This document shows positions 35,584 through 45,901 of a DNA stretch of 64,000 nucleotides, piece by piece; within the stretch, counting starts at the first letter, position 1, and each line of letters opens with the position of its first letter. The DNA is from Candidatus Atelocyanobacterium thalassae (lineage in GTDB: Bacteria; Cyanobacteriota; Cyanobacteriia; Cyanobacteriales; Microcystaceae): NCBI GenBank assembly GCA_051971635.1, contig JBFPLN010000003.1, positions 1 to 64,000 on the forward strand, read 5' to 3'. The position numbers and the translations under genes were made by a program. The notes under the pieces were generated by a model. That model did no database searches. It worked only from the letters and a program-made list of their open reading frames with translations, and was not told where the DNA came from.

Positions 35584-37821
35584 CTAGAAATCTACTCTAT
35601 TTACACGTTGAATATTCAAGACGTCGCTCATGTCGCAAATACTATTTATTAGGTATTCTAACTGCTGACGATCACGGATTTCAATACGTAAGTTAATAAT
35701 AGCAGGCTTATTTTGTATAGTTTTAACACCAGCATTGCAAACATTAACGTTATGGTTACTTACTCTTAATAAGACGTCTTTCAAGACACCTACTCTATCG
35801 ATAACTTCTATCTGAACATCTACTGGATATGTAATAGCGCATCCTTTTTTATCCACCTTATTCCAGCGTACTGGAATAAAGCGTTCTCCAGGTATATTCT
35901 CAATATTAGAACAATTCTGAGTATGAATAGAAATACCTTTATCTCCTCTAGTAACTACACCAATAATTGGCTCTCCAGGTAATGGCCTACAACATCCAGC
36001 TATATGATATAAAAGACCTTCAACTCCCAAAATTGGAGATTTATTAGGTTTCTTTGGACATAGAGAAGAAGATGTTGTAGGTGAGTTCATTTCGTGAGAT
36101 TCAGTATTCTTCTGTTGAGTTTTTACTGTTATTTCTCTTACACGGTTAACCACTTGATTTAAAGTAATCCCTCCATATCCTAATCCAGAGAGCAAATCAT
36201 CCACTGAATTATAATTACATCTTTCTACCACAGTTTTCATTGGTTCTGATTTTAATAAAGCTTCAAAACCGTTTTTACCCAATTCTTTCTCTAACATATC
36301 ACGTCCTCTAATCATATTTTCTTCTCTACATGATCTTTTGTACCATTGACGGATACGATTACGAGCGCTAGGCGTAACTACTATATTCAACCAATTTAAA
36401 CTAGGATGGCAGTTTTTTTGGGTAATAATTTCTACTATGTCACCATTATGCAATGGTTGACCGAAAACTGACCATTTGCCGTTAATCCTAGCTCCTTTCA
36501 TATGATTGCCTACTTCTGTATGAATACGATAAGCAAAATCTACAGTAGTAGCTCCCCTCGCTAAAGCAATTACTTCTCCATCAGGAGTAAATACATAAAC
36601 ATCATCATCAAAGAGATTATCTTTAAGATTATCAACATATTCTTGAGCATCTTTAAGATCTTTTTGCCAGTCTAACAGTTGTCTTAACCAAGTAAACTTC
36701 TCATCTTCCTGAGATAATTGAGTATAGTGAGATACACCTGTTTCTTTATATTTCCAATGAGCTGCAATACCATACTCAGCGATATGATGCATTTCCATTG
36801 TCCTTATCTGAATTTCTAAAGGATGACCGTTAAATCCTACAACTGTTGTATGTAAAGATTGGTAACGATTTGGTTTAGGTAAACCAATATAATCTTTGAA
36901 TCTTCCAGGCATAGGTTTAAAAGTATCATGAACTACTGCCAAAGCACGATAGCATTCTTCTTTATTTTGGACAATAATTCTTAAAGCTGCTAAATCATAT
37001 ATTTCATGAAATCCTTTATTTTGACTATGCATCTTATAATAAATTCCATAAAGATGTTTAGATCTTCCTTGTAATTCTAGTATGTTTATTCCTATGCTAT
37101 GTAATCGTCTTTGTAGTGTATCTTTAACATTTTCAATACGAGCTTCACGATCAATACGTTTTTCTGCGACTAAACTCTGGATTTCCCTATAAGCATTAGG
37201 CTCTAAATACTTAAAAGATAAATCTTCTAGTTCCCATTTGACCCTCCAGATACCGAGACGATTTGCTAATGGAGAGAAAATTTCTTTAGTCTCCAAAGCG
37301 ATACGTTTTTGCTTTTCTGGTTTAAGTGCCTCTAAAGTCCTCATATTATGAAGACGATCAGCCAATTTTACTACAATTACTCTGATATCTTTAGCCATTG
37401 CTAAGAACATTCTTCGAAAATTTTCAGCTTGCTGTTCTGTTTTGTTCGAAAAATTAAACTTTGATAATTTTGTAACACCTTCAACTAGTAATCTTACTTC
37501 TTGGCCAAACATCTCTTCAATATTGTCTGCAGTGATGTCAGTATCTTCTACTACATCATGAAGAAAACCTGCAGCAATCATTGACTTATCTCCCCCTAAA
37601 TCTCTTAGTATTCCCGCTACAGTCACTGGATGAACAATATAAGGTTCACCTGATTTACGATACTGTCCTTTATGTAGTTGATATGCGAAATCAAAGGCAT
37701 GACAGATTAAATCTTGATTTTGATTATATGTGTCTGATTTACGAGAAATTAAACATTGGTTTAACCAATCAGGGAGAGTAAAGTCAAGAGGTTTATTATT
37801 GAGAGATGTAACTGTATTCAT
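35584..37821 (-). CDS. spoT: Bifunctional (p)ppGpp synthetase/hydrolase (long RSH)
   Basis: HDVVED hydrolase motif, YQSLHT synthetase motif, TGS and ACT domains. Confidence 0.96.
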   Translation of the reverse strand: MNTVTSLNNKPLDFTLPDWLNQCLISRKSDTYNQNQDLICHAFDFAYQLHKGQYRKSGEPYIVHPVTVAGILRDLGGDKSMIAAGFLHDVVEDTDITADNIEEMFGQEVRLLVEGVTKLSKFNFSNKTEQQAENFRRMFLAMAKDIRVIVVKLADRLHNMRTLEALKPEKQKRIALETKEIFSPLANRLGIWRVKWELEDLSFKYLEPNAYREIQSLVAEKRIDREARIENVKDTLQRRLHSIGINILELQGRSKHLYGIYYKMHSQNKGFHEIYDLAALRIIVQNKEECYRALAVVHDTFKPMPGRFKDYIGLPKPNRYQSLHTTVVGFNGHPLEIQIRTMEMHHIAEYGIAAHWKYKETGVSHYTQLSQEDEKFTWLRQLLDWQKDLKDAQEYVDNLKDNLFDDDVYVFTPDGEVIALARGATTVDFAYRIHTEVGNHMKGARINGKWSVFGQPLHNGDIVEIITQKNCHPSLNWLNIVVTPSARNRIRQWYKRSCREENMIRGRDMLEKELGKNGFEALLKSEPMKTVVERCNYNSVDDLLSGLGYGGITLNQVVNRVREITVKTQQKNTESHEMNSPTTSSSLCPKKPNKSPILGVEGLLYHIAGCCRPLPGEPIIGVVTRGDKGISIHTQNCSNIENIPGERFIPVRWNKVDKKGCAITYPVDVQIEVIDRVGVLKDVLLRVSNHNVNVCNAGVKTIQNKPAIINLRIEIRDRQQLEYLINSICDMSDVLNIQRVNRVDF

Positions 37822-38067
37822 AAAATAGTTGAATCAGAAAAAGAACAGAATATTAAAAATTTGGAGAAAATTAATAAGCTTTCGACTTTTCTTTTAGTAT
37901 TAACACTTGTACTAAAAATAGGCAATTAAATTTTTTAGGTAATATTAATTATTAAAAATAAAATTTTAATTCTAAAAAATTTAATAAAAGACATACTAAT
38001 TTTAATAAGAGTATATTATTAATAAGATATTAGTAAAAGTATATTATTAAGACAGAACAAATATTTA

Positions 38068-38442
38068 ATGTTACCAAAATATTATAAAGTTTTTTTAGAA
38101 CAATTATTTATGCTTCAAAAACAAGTCTTATCAGAGAGTATAGATATTGCACAAACTAAAATAATTTTTGAACAAGTTAGCAGAACATTCGAACATAAAA
38201 TTTTTAATGAAGATATGCATATATATTTTAAAGATAATCATAAGCATACGATCATTCAATCAGTAAAAGTGGAAATTAATAAACACTTGAGGTTACTCAA
38301 AACTGAGTTGTTATTTTTAGAGTCTGCTCGTCAACTAGAGACAATACATAAAAGAATAAATAAAATACAACAGAGAATTACTAAATTAATAGATTATTGT
38401 AAGTTTGTGAACACACAATTTTGTGAATCAAAGGTTGACTAA
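38068..38442 (+). CDS. patD: PatD-like protein
   Basis: QS...EI.K.LRLL..ELLFL.SARQ..T...R...I..R...LI.YC pattern and divergent position next to rsh. Confidence 0.75.
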   Translation: MLPKYYKVFLEQLFMLQKQVLSESIDIAQTKIIFEQVSRTFEHKIFNEDMHIYFKDNHKHTIIQSVKVEINKHLRLLKTELLFLESARQLETIHKRINKIQQRITKLIDYCKFVNTQFCESKVD

Positions 38443-38774
38443 GCACAGAATGCATATAGTTTAATCTGGTTATCGCAATTCAAATTTTCTTCACAAACTA
38501 TATTAAATAGGTAATAGTTTTCTCTATATACATAACATGTTTTAATACTTAATTTATTGAATATAGAGTTTTTCTATTATCAAATAATACAAGGTAACAA
38601 ACAAATAATTTCATAATGAAAATGCTTAATAGTAAAAATATACTGTGTTTACTAAGTAGGATTAGTAAAAGTATTTAATTTAAATATTTATAATTAAACA
38701 ACAAATGTTAGAATACGGAGTGCAAATTTGTTGTATGAGCTAGCATATATCTTTAATTTTAAACTGTTTTATTA

Positions 38775-39851
38775 ATGTCTTTCAAAAATGAGGATCTCAA
38801 AATGACAACCTTATTACGTAATTGCTGGTATGTTGCTCTTAGTAGCATAGATTTGAAACCGGCAACAATAATACATAAAAAAATTCTAAATGAACCTATC
38901 CTAATTGGACGAAAAAAAAATGGTCAAGTTTTTGCCATGCGTGATATTTGTCCACATCGAGGTATCCCTTTAAGTTATGGATCATTGGATAAAGAAGATA
39001 TATCTTGTCGGTATCATGGCTGGAAATTTAATGTAAATAATGGTAAATGTAGTGAAATACCATCTCTTACAGAGTATGACGACTTAGATATAAGTCGTAT
39101 TAAAGTCCTTACATATCCATGCGAAGAAGTTCAAGGTAATATTTGGATATATTTTACTGATACTAACAAAAGTAAAATTGGGTTATCCGATATTCCCCCT
39201 GTTCCAACTATCCCTGATTTTGGAAAGCTGAAGCCAGGAATAACAGAGACTATGAATTTTGATTGCAACATTGATCATGCAATTATTGGTCTTATGGATC
39301 CAGCTCATGGACCTTATATTCATAATGCTTGGTGGTGGAGAAGTGGTCCTCGTAAATTTCGAGTTAAAGAGAAATATTACGAACCTGTATCGCAAGGCTT
39401 TCGTCTTGTTCCCTACAATATGCCAGTTAGTGCTCGTCCTTATAAAATTTTAGGAAATAATGTATCTATTGAAATTATTTTTCAGTTACCTGGAGTTCGT
39501 ACAGAAGTTTTAAAAGGTGATCGTTATTCTGCCTGTTTATTGACATGCATTACCCCTATAGATGATTCTTCATGTGAGATATTTCAGAGTATTTATTGGA
39601 CAATCCCTTGGGCAGGTATCTTCAAGCCTCTACTAAGCTTGTTAACTCGTCAGTTCTTAGCCCAGGATCGTGACGCAATTATTCAACAACAAAAAGGTCT
39701 TATCCATAATCCTTCATTAATGTTGATAGACGATGCGGATACTCAGGCTAAATGGTATTTTCGCTTAAAACAAGAATATCAAAAATCTCAGGAAGAGAAT
39801 AGAACTTTTACAAATCCTATTGAATCCAGAGTACTGCGCTGGAGAAGTTAA
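38775..39851 (+). CDS. Rieske non-heme iron oxygenase alpha subunit, substrate unknown
   Basis: CPH...CRYH Rieske ligands; DPAHGPYIH mononuclear Fe motif; QD. Confidence 0.88.
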   Translation: MSFKNEDLKMTTLLRNCWYVALSSIDLKPATIIHKKILNEPILIGRKKNGQVFAMRDICPHRGIPLSYGSLDKEDISCRYHGWKFNVNNGKCSEIPSLTEYDDLDISRIKVLTYPCEEVQGNIWIYFTDTNKSKIGLSDIPPVPTIPDFGKLKPGITETMNFDCNIDHAIIGLMDPAHGPYIHNAWWWRSGPRKFRVKEKYYEPVSQGFRLVPYNMPVSARPYKILGNNVSIEIIFQLPGVRTEVLKGDRYSACLLTCITPIDDSSCEIFQSIYWTIPWAGIFKPLLSLLTRQFLAQDRDAIIQQQKGLIHNPSLMLIDDADTQAKWYFRLKQEYQKSQEENRTFTNPIESRVLRWRS

Positions 39852-40326
39852 GGTTGACAGAGTAATTTTCATGATTCATGGATAGATGTAAAACCATAAT
39901 ATAACTGGTAGTATTTTTAATAAATTTTAATATTATTAATAGTTACAATTTGTTCTTTAATATTTTTTAGTTACGTTGTGAAGATCATAAACATCGTAGT
40001 CTAACTAGACTAGTTAAATCAAATTTTACTATAGAATCTTTAGCAGTAACTTTATATGATGGACATAAATAAAAGTTCAGTATGAAGTGAAATTAGATAA
40101 CTTAAATGTGACATGAAAAAGATTTTTCTATTACATAAGCTTGTATAAATATCTATCCTATTAGCGAATCTTATCTTCTCTAAGACTATATTGATTTTCT
40201 TCTTTTTTTCGTTTTTTGTAAGAAAAAATAGAGCTTCTTTGACAAGAAGTAAACAAATTTTAAATTGTAATAATGATTGGTATAAGTTATTGCTATAATA
40301 TTTCAAAAACCTATCAGAGACGATCA

Positions 40327-41289
40327 ATGGCTAATGTTCTTTGGTTACAGGGTGGCGCTTGCTCTGGAAATACAATTTCTTTTCTCAATGCAGAAGAACC
40401 AACCTTAGTAGATTTAATCACCGATTTTGGAATTAATATTTTATGGCATCCATCCTTGGGTATGCAGTTAGGTGATGAATTACAAGAATTATTGATTAAC
40501 TGTATCAACGGGAAGATATCTATTGATATATTAGTTTTTGAAGGATCAGTAGTTAATGCTCCTAATGGTACTGGGGAGTGGAATCGTTTTGCTGGTCGTC
40601 CTATGAAAGACTGGTTAAATGATTTATCTAAAGTCGCCGGCTTTGTAGTTGCAGTTGGAGATTGTGCAACCTATGGTGGAATACCAGCAATGGAGCCTAA
40701 TCCTAGTGAGTCTATTGGTTTACAATTTCTTAAACGCCAAAAAGGAGGATTTTTGGGAGACAACTTTTTATCCCAAAAAGGATTCCCTGTTATTAATATA
40801 CCTGGTTGCCCTGCTCACCCAGACTGGATTTCTCAAATATTAGTTGCTGTTGCTACTGGAAGAGTTGGAGATCTAACTCTTGATGAGTTTCATCGTCCTG
40901 AAACTTTCTTTCGAAGTTTCACACAAACTGGCTGTACAAGAAATATGCATTTTTCATATAAATCAAGTACTGAAGAATTTGGCCAACGTACTGGGTGTTT
41001 ATTTTATGATCTAGGTTGTCGTGGACCTATGACTCATTCCTCATGTAATAGAATTTTATGGAATAGGGTCTCTTCTAAAACTCGTGTTGGAATGCCTTGT
41101 TTAGGATGTACTGAGCCAGAATTTCCTTTTCATGATCTTAAAAAAGGAACTGTTTTTAAAACTCAAACCGTTATGGGGGTTCCTAGAGAATTACCACCTG
41201 GTATTAATGCTAAAGATTATGCTGTAGTAACAGTTGTTTCTAAAGATGCTCGTCCATCTTGGACGGATGAAGATTTCTTCACTGTGTAA
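40327..41289 (+). CDS. hupS: Uptake [NiFe]-hydrogenase small subunit (start at MANVLWLQGG, 320 aa)
   Basis: GGACSGN, VGDCA, GCPAHP, FTQTGC, GCRGP, CLGCTEP; cyanobacterial type without Tat signal. Confidence 0.97.
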   Translation: MANVLWLQGGACSGNTISFLNAEEPTLVDLITDFGINILWHPSLGMQLGDELQELLINCINGKISIDILVFEGSVVNAPNGTGEWNRFAGRPMKDWLNDLSKVAGFVVAVGDCATYGGIPAMEPNPSESIGLQFLKRQKGGFLGDNFLSQKGFPVINIPGCPAHPDWISQILVAVATGRVGDLTLDEFHRPETFFRSFTQTGCTRNMHFSYKSSTEEFGQRTGCLFYDLGCRGPMTHSSCNRILWNRVSSKTRVGMPCLGCTEPEFPFHDLKKGTVFKTQTVMGVPRELPPGINAKDYAVVTVVSKDARPSWTDEDFFTV

Positions 41290-41356
41290 TGAAAATACAT
41301 GGTTAGAGTTGATATTAAGATTTCCTAACAGGACTTTATTGTCAAAAAGAAATCCA

Positions 41357-41408
41357 AATAAAATCATAAAAGTAATAGTAATTTTACTATTACTTTTATG
41401 ATTTTATT
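41357..41408. repeat. Perfect 25-bp inverted repeat in the hupS-hupL spacer
   Basis: AATAAAATCATAAAAGTAATAGTAA-TT-TTACTATTACTTTTATGATTTTATT. Confidence 0.95.
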
Positions 41409-41496
41409 CCCCATTTATTTTATATATGGGAATAGTAAATAATTACAAATTATTTCTAGTATTTTATCGAAGTTTTACTATTTTTGAGAGGAATAC

Positions 41497-43092
41497 ATGG
41501 TAGTTCAAAAGCTGGAAATCTCTCCTGTAGGAAGAGTCGAAGGAGATTTAGATATTAGGGTAGATATCGAAGATGGTTATGTTGTAAATGCTTGGACAAA
41601 AGCAGAGTTGTTCCGCGGTTTTGAAGTTATTTTAAAGGGTAAGGATCCACAGGCTGGACTTATTGTTACTCCTCGTATTTGTGGTATTTGTGGTGCATCA
41701 CATTTAACTTGTGCATCTTGGGCATTAGACACAATTTGGGAAACTGAGGTGCCTCGTAACGCCATCTTAGCACGTAACTTAGGACAGATTGTTGAAACTA
41801 TACAAAGTCATCCCAGGCATTTTTACGCCTTGTATGCGACTGATTTAACAAACAAAAAATATAAGAATAGTCCTTTTTATGAAGAAGCTTGCAAAAGGTT
41901 TACTCCCTTTACAGGGACTTCCTATGAAACAGCCATAATAACTTCTGCAAAACCTGTGGAGCTTTATGCTTTATTTGGGGGACAATGGCCTCATTCTAGT
42001 TATATGGTTCCAGGCGGTGTAATGTGTGCTCCAACGCTAACTGATGTTACACGTGGTTGGGGTATAATGGAGTATTTTCGTACCAATTGGTTAGAACCAG
42101 TTTGGCTAGGATGCTCTCTTGAAAGATATGAAAAAATTAAGACTTATGAAGACTTTTTAGAATGGTTAGAAGAGAGTCCTAAGCATGCTAACTCTGATCT
42201 AGGCTTTTACTGGCGTATGGGATTAGATATTGGACTAGATAAATATGGTCAAGGGCCAGGAAGATATCTGACCTGGGGATATCTCCCACATGAAGATAGG
42301 TATCAGAAACCTACAGTTAAAGACCGAAATTCAGCTGTAATAATGAAAGGTGGTGTCTACGATAGTTTTACAGATATGCACCATATGGTAGATCATAGTT
42401 TTGCTATAGAAAACACAAGCCACTCCTGGTATGAGGAAGGTAATGCTGATGTTCATCCTTTTGACAGGGTTACTAATCCCCAAAGTATGAATAAAGGAGA
42501 TTATGAGAATAAGTATTCTTGGTCAACTGCAGTGAGTCATAAAGACTTAGGCCGTATGGAAGTAGGTTCTCTTGCACGTCAACTAGTAGCAGGTGGAAAA
42601 CATGGAGAAAGTTGGCAACATTATGATGGACTGATCTTAGATATGTTTAAAAAAATTGGTGGTCCTAGTGTACATTTAAGAGAATTTGCTCGGATGCATG
42701 AATCTGTAAAATTATATAGAGAAGCAGAAAGATGTTTGCGGGAATTTAAGCTTAATGATCCTTGGTATATTAAACCAAAAGAAAAAGATGGGCGTGGTTG
42801 GGGAGGAACAGAGGCTAGCCGTGGTGCTTTGTGTCATTGGGTTGAAGTGGAAAAAGGAGTTATCAAAAATTATCAGATAATTGCTCCTAGTACTTGGAAT
42901 ATTGGCCCTAGGGATGGGAAAGATATTAGAGGTCCAATTGAAGAGGCATTAATTGGTATACCCATTGAAGATATGAGTAATCCAGTGGAAGTTGGTCATG
43001 TTGCCCGTTCATTTGATTCTTGCTTAGTCTGTACAGTACATGCACATGATGCTAAAACGGGGGAAGAGCTAGCAAGATTTCGTACTAACTAG
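41497..43092 (+). CDS. hupL: Uptake [NiFe]-hydrogenase large subunit
   Basis: RICGIC and DSCLVCTVH Ni-binding motifs, C-terminal cleavable extension; uninterrupted; GAGG RBS. Confidence 0.98.
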   Translation: MVVQKLEISPVGRVEGDLDIRVDIEDGYVVNAWTKAELFRGFEVILKGKDPQAGLIVTPRICGICGASHLTCASWALDTIWETEVPRNAILARNLGQIVETIQSHPRHFYALYATDLTNKKYKNSPFYEEACKRFTPFTGTSYETAIITSAKPVELYALFGGQWPHSSYMVPGGVMCAPTLTDVTRGWGIMEYFRTNWLEPVWLGCSLERYEKIKTYEDFLEWLEESPKHANSDLGFYWRMGLDIGLDKYGQGPGRYLTWGYLPHEDRYQKPTVKDRNSAVIMKGGVYDSFTDMHHMVDHSFAIENTSHSWYEEGNADVHPFDRVTNPQSMNKGDYENKYSWSTAVSHKDLGRMEVGSLARQLVAGGKHGESWQHYDGLILDMFKKIGGPSVHLREFARMHESVKLYREAERCLREFKLNDPWYIKPKEKDGRGWGGTEASRGALCHWVEVEKGVIKNYQIIAPSTWNIGPRDGKDIRGPIEEALIGIPIEDMSNPVEVGHVARSFDSCLVCTVHAHDAKTGEELARFRTN

Positions 43093-43094
43093 AA

Positions 43095-43136
43095 ATTAAA
43101 TGGAAGTGATTTACATCTATATCACTTCCATTTAAT
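43095..43136. terminator. 16-bp inverted repeat between convergent hupL and radical SAM gene
   Basis: ATTAAATGGAAGTGAT-10nt-ATCACTTCCATTTAAT starting 3 nt after the hupL stop. Confidence 0.8.
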
Positions 43137-43159
43137 CTTTTGTAATAATGATGATATTA

Positions 43160-44761
43160 TTAAAATTTTGTTTCATTATAGTGCTTAATCAAAGTAGTAT
43201 TAGGGATAGGTCCTTTTAAATGATTCCATGGTAATATCTGATCTACTTTCCAGTTACTGTGAACGTAATATTCTAGAGATGGAATCTTCCCTTTAAGTTC
43301 TTTAAAAGCACGCCTATAACTCCCTAGAGAATTGCCATAATAACGAGTTAATTTAAATAGTTTACTTAAACGTCTGTCCCCCCTGGAAATTAAGGCTTGA
43401 ATGACAGACCAGTTGTAACTTTCAGGGCGAAACTCTATTCTTTTTTTCCCTAAAACTTTTTCTAAAAATTTTAATTTCTTTTTAGATAGTTCATCTACCC
43501 CTATCCATTGAAAAGGAGTATGAGATTTTGGAATAAAAGTACTGCACCCAAATGTTATTTTTAATCCTTGTGCTGCTTTCTGTATAGAATCTAACAACAA
43601 AATTGTTTGTTCAATATCTTCTTCGTTTTCTCCTGGTATTCCAACCATTCCATATAATTTAATATTTTTTAATCCACCAACTTTTGCATTAATTACTGCA
43701 TTAATAATTTCATCGTTATCTAATTTTTTATTAATATTTTCTCTAATCTTTGCTGAGCCGCTTTCGACAGCGATTGTTATAGATTTTGTATTACGATTGC
43801 TTAGTAATTTTGCTAATCTTTCTGTAACCGTATTAGCTCTAACTGAAGCAATACTTACTCTGATATCATCATACTTAGGCTGATTCAGATAGTTCAACAA
43901 ATTATCAAACTCTGGATGTTGTGTAATGGATGGTCCTAGAAGGCCAATTCTATTCGTTACCTTAAGACCTTTCTCAATATTTGGAATTAGTGAGGTATCT
44001 AAATCAGCTATACGAAAAGGTAAATTTAAATAACTAACCAGACAAAAACGACACATTTCTGGACAGCTTCTAACCACTTCAACCATATATATATTTTCCC
44101 AAACAGCTTGTTGTGTTACTACTGTTGAAGTTGACAAAGAATTACCACGATAAATTTGTTTTTCAATACTAGAGGGAGTGGTTGTTTCAATTGCTTTGAT
44201 AGATTCAATTTCTCCGTCATTATCGTAATAGGTAATTTCATATAGACTGGGTATATAAATTCCAGGAATTGTTGCTAAATAAGATAATTTAGCAGCTCTT
44301 CTTTCATTTCTCACAACTTTATATGCTTCTAAAAAGCTATGTATCAGATCTTCTCCATCACCCAGTAAAACTATATCAAAAAAATCTGCAAAAGGTTCAG
44401 GGTTAGCTGTCAAGGTAGGACCACCTCCAAATATCAGTGGATGATTCTCATTTCGTTCACTTGTTTGAAGAGGAATACCTAAACTATCTAAGATGTCAAA
44501 AATATTGACATAGTCTAATTCCCATGAAAAAGAAAAACCTAAGAGTTCAAATGTTTTAGGTGAAGGCTCTTTAATATCTGTAAATAAACGGCTAACATTA
44601 ACGTCATTTCTACTGGCGAAAGTGGACCAGACAGTTTGATAACCTAAACTTGTAATACCTACACTATAAATATTAGGAAAGCAAAAAATTATTCTAATAG
44701 CATTGCTATTAGGTGCAGTTGGTTTGAATAGTAATTTTTCTTGATCAAAAACAGTCGTCAT
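43160..44761 (-). CDS. B12-binding-domain-like radical SAM protein, function unknown
   Basis: CPEMCRFC (CxxxCxxC), GGP...ANPEP..DFFD....GDGE, FIPKSHTPFQW. Confidence 0.85.
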   Translation of the reverse strand: MTTVFDQEKLLFKPTAPNSNAIRIIFCFPNIYSVGITSLGYQTVWSTFASRNDVNVSRLFTDIKEPSPKTFELLGFSFSWELDYVNIFDILDSLGIPLQTSERNENHPLIFGGGPTLTANPEPFADFFDIVLLGDGEDLIHSFLEAYKVVRNERRAAKLSYLATIPGIYIPSLYEITYYDNDGEIESIKAIETTTPSSIEKQIYRGNSLSTSTVVTQQAVWENIYMVEVVRSCPEMCRFCLVSYLNLPFRIADLDTSLIPNIEKGLKVTNRIGLLGPSITQHPEFDNLLNYLNQPKYDDIRVSIASVRANTVTERLAKLLSNRNTKSITIAVESGSAKIRENINKKLDNDEIINAVINAKVGGLKNIKLYGMVGIPGENEEDIEQTILLLDSIQKAAQGLKITFGCSTFIPKSHTPFQWIGVDELSKKKLKFLEKVLGKKRIEFRPESYNWSVIQALISRGDRRLSKLFKLTRYYGNSLGSYRRAFKELKGKIPSLEYYVHSNWKVDQILPWNHLKGPIPNTTLIKHYNETKF

Positions 44762-45191
44762 ATTTTAAGTTTGTTTATTTTTCAACTTTTTAAATCTATT
44801 TTTTAAAGCTCTAAATTAAATCATGTTGATAGTTCAATTATTTATTAATATTATTTAAATTATTGATCTAGTTATTTTGCCCGAACATATTAACCTATAA
44901 AAAAATAATTATTTTTAATATAAACTTACGAAAGTACTTATATTTATAAATTTCCAGTTAATTTTTCTATTTATTAAAGAACTTAAAAAAGTAAACACAG
45001 GTTGCTATCACACGCTTATTTAATAATAATCACTATTCCTGATAATATCATTATAAAAATTCAATTTATTTTTTATAAGATAACTAATTTTTGCTTATAA
45101 ACTTATACATGATAAAAACATATTAATTCCTACAAAGCTAAAAGATTAATAATATATAATCAGATTAATCATATATTTACGAAACAATTAT

Positions 45192-45764
45192 ATGCAGGAA
45201 AATATTGATAATATATTAGAAATTGGTATTATAGTTGGTCCTAGAGGGCTAAAAGGAGAAATAAAAGTCTTGTCTAGTACAGACTTCCCTGAAAGATTTA
45301 AAATATCGGAGGAGCATTGGATCAGTGATCCTTATCAGTCATCGCTCCAATTGGTTAAATTAATCAATAGTCGCTACATGGCAGATAAGAATATTTATAT
45401 TATTCGTCTACAAGGAATAGAAAATAGGGATCAGGCAGAAACATTAAGGAATCATAAACTTTTAGTCACCAATAGCTTTATACCTAAGCTGGAGAAGGAG
45501 GAGTATCATATATCTCAACTTATTAATTTGGAAGTTTATCATCAAGATACAAGAGAATTTATAGGTATTGTGACTAATGTATTCACTACAGGTCATGATT
45601 TGTTAGAAATTAAATTGAACAATCTATCTTTGCAGGAATCAGATAAGAGACGAAATATCTTAGTTCCTTTTGTCTACGAAATTGTTCCAACAGTAGATTT
45701 AAAAAATAAAAGAATAGAGATTAATCCTCCTAAAGGATTATTAGAGTTGTCCACAGTAAGATAA
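45192..45764 (+). CDS. rimM: Ribosome maturation factor RimM
   Basis: IG.IVGP.GLKGE.KV, EEYH..L, LVPFV..IVP.VDL, PP.GLL. Confidence 0.93.
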   Translation: MQENIDNILEIGIIVGPRGLKGEIKVLSSTDFPERFKISEEHWISDPYQSSLQLVKLINSRYMADKNIYIIRLQGIENRDQAETLRNHKLLVTNSFIPKLEKEEYHISQLINLEVYHQDTREFIGIVTNVFTTGHDLLEIKLNNLSLQESDKRRNILVPFVYEIVPTVDLKNKRIEINPPKGLLELSTVR

Positions 45765-45901
45765 GATTTAGGTTGAGAGATTCAGTTTATTAAAAATTAA
45801 AATTTAATCATAATTTTTGAATTTGATTGATCCATTATGTCCCATAACAGATTACAATCTACTTTTGATAAATCATATTTACTAAAATTAAGGAGAAAGC
45901 T

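Noticed and set aside
40143..40156. Possible NtcA box upstream of hupS (GTA-N8-TAT)
   Set aside because: Imperfect match in very AT-rich DNA; I found no canonical GTA-N8-TAC in this spacer
40273..40326. 18-aa N-terminal extension of HupS containing RR (possible Tat signal)
   Set aside because: No hydrophobic region follows; cyanobacterial HupS starts at MANVLWLQ and has no Tat peptide
40052..40327. 91-aa minus-strand ORF upstream of hupS
   Set aside because: Low-complexity F/L/I/K composition, overlaps the hupS promoter region, no motif
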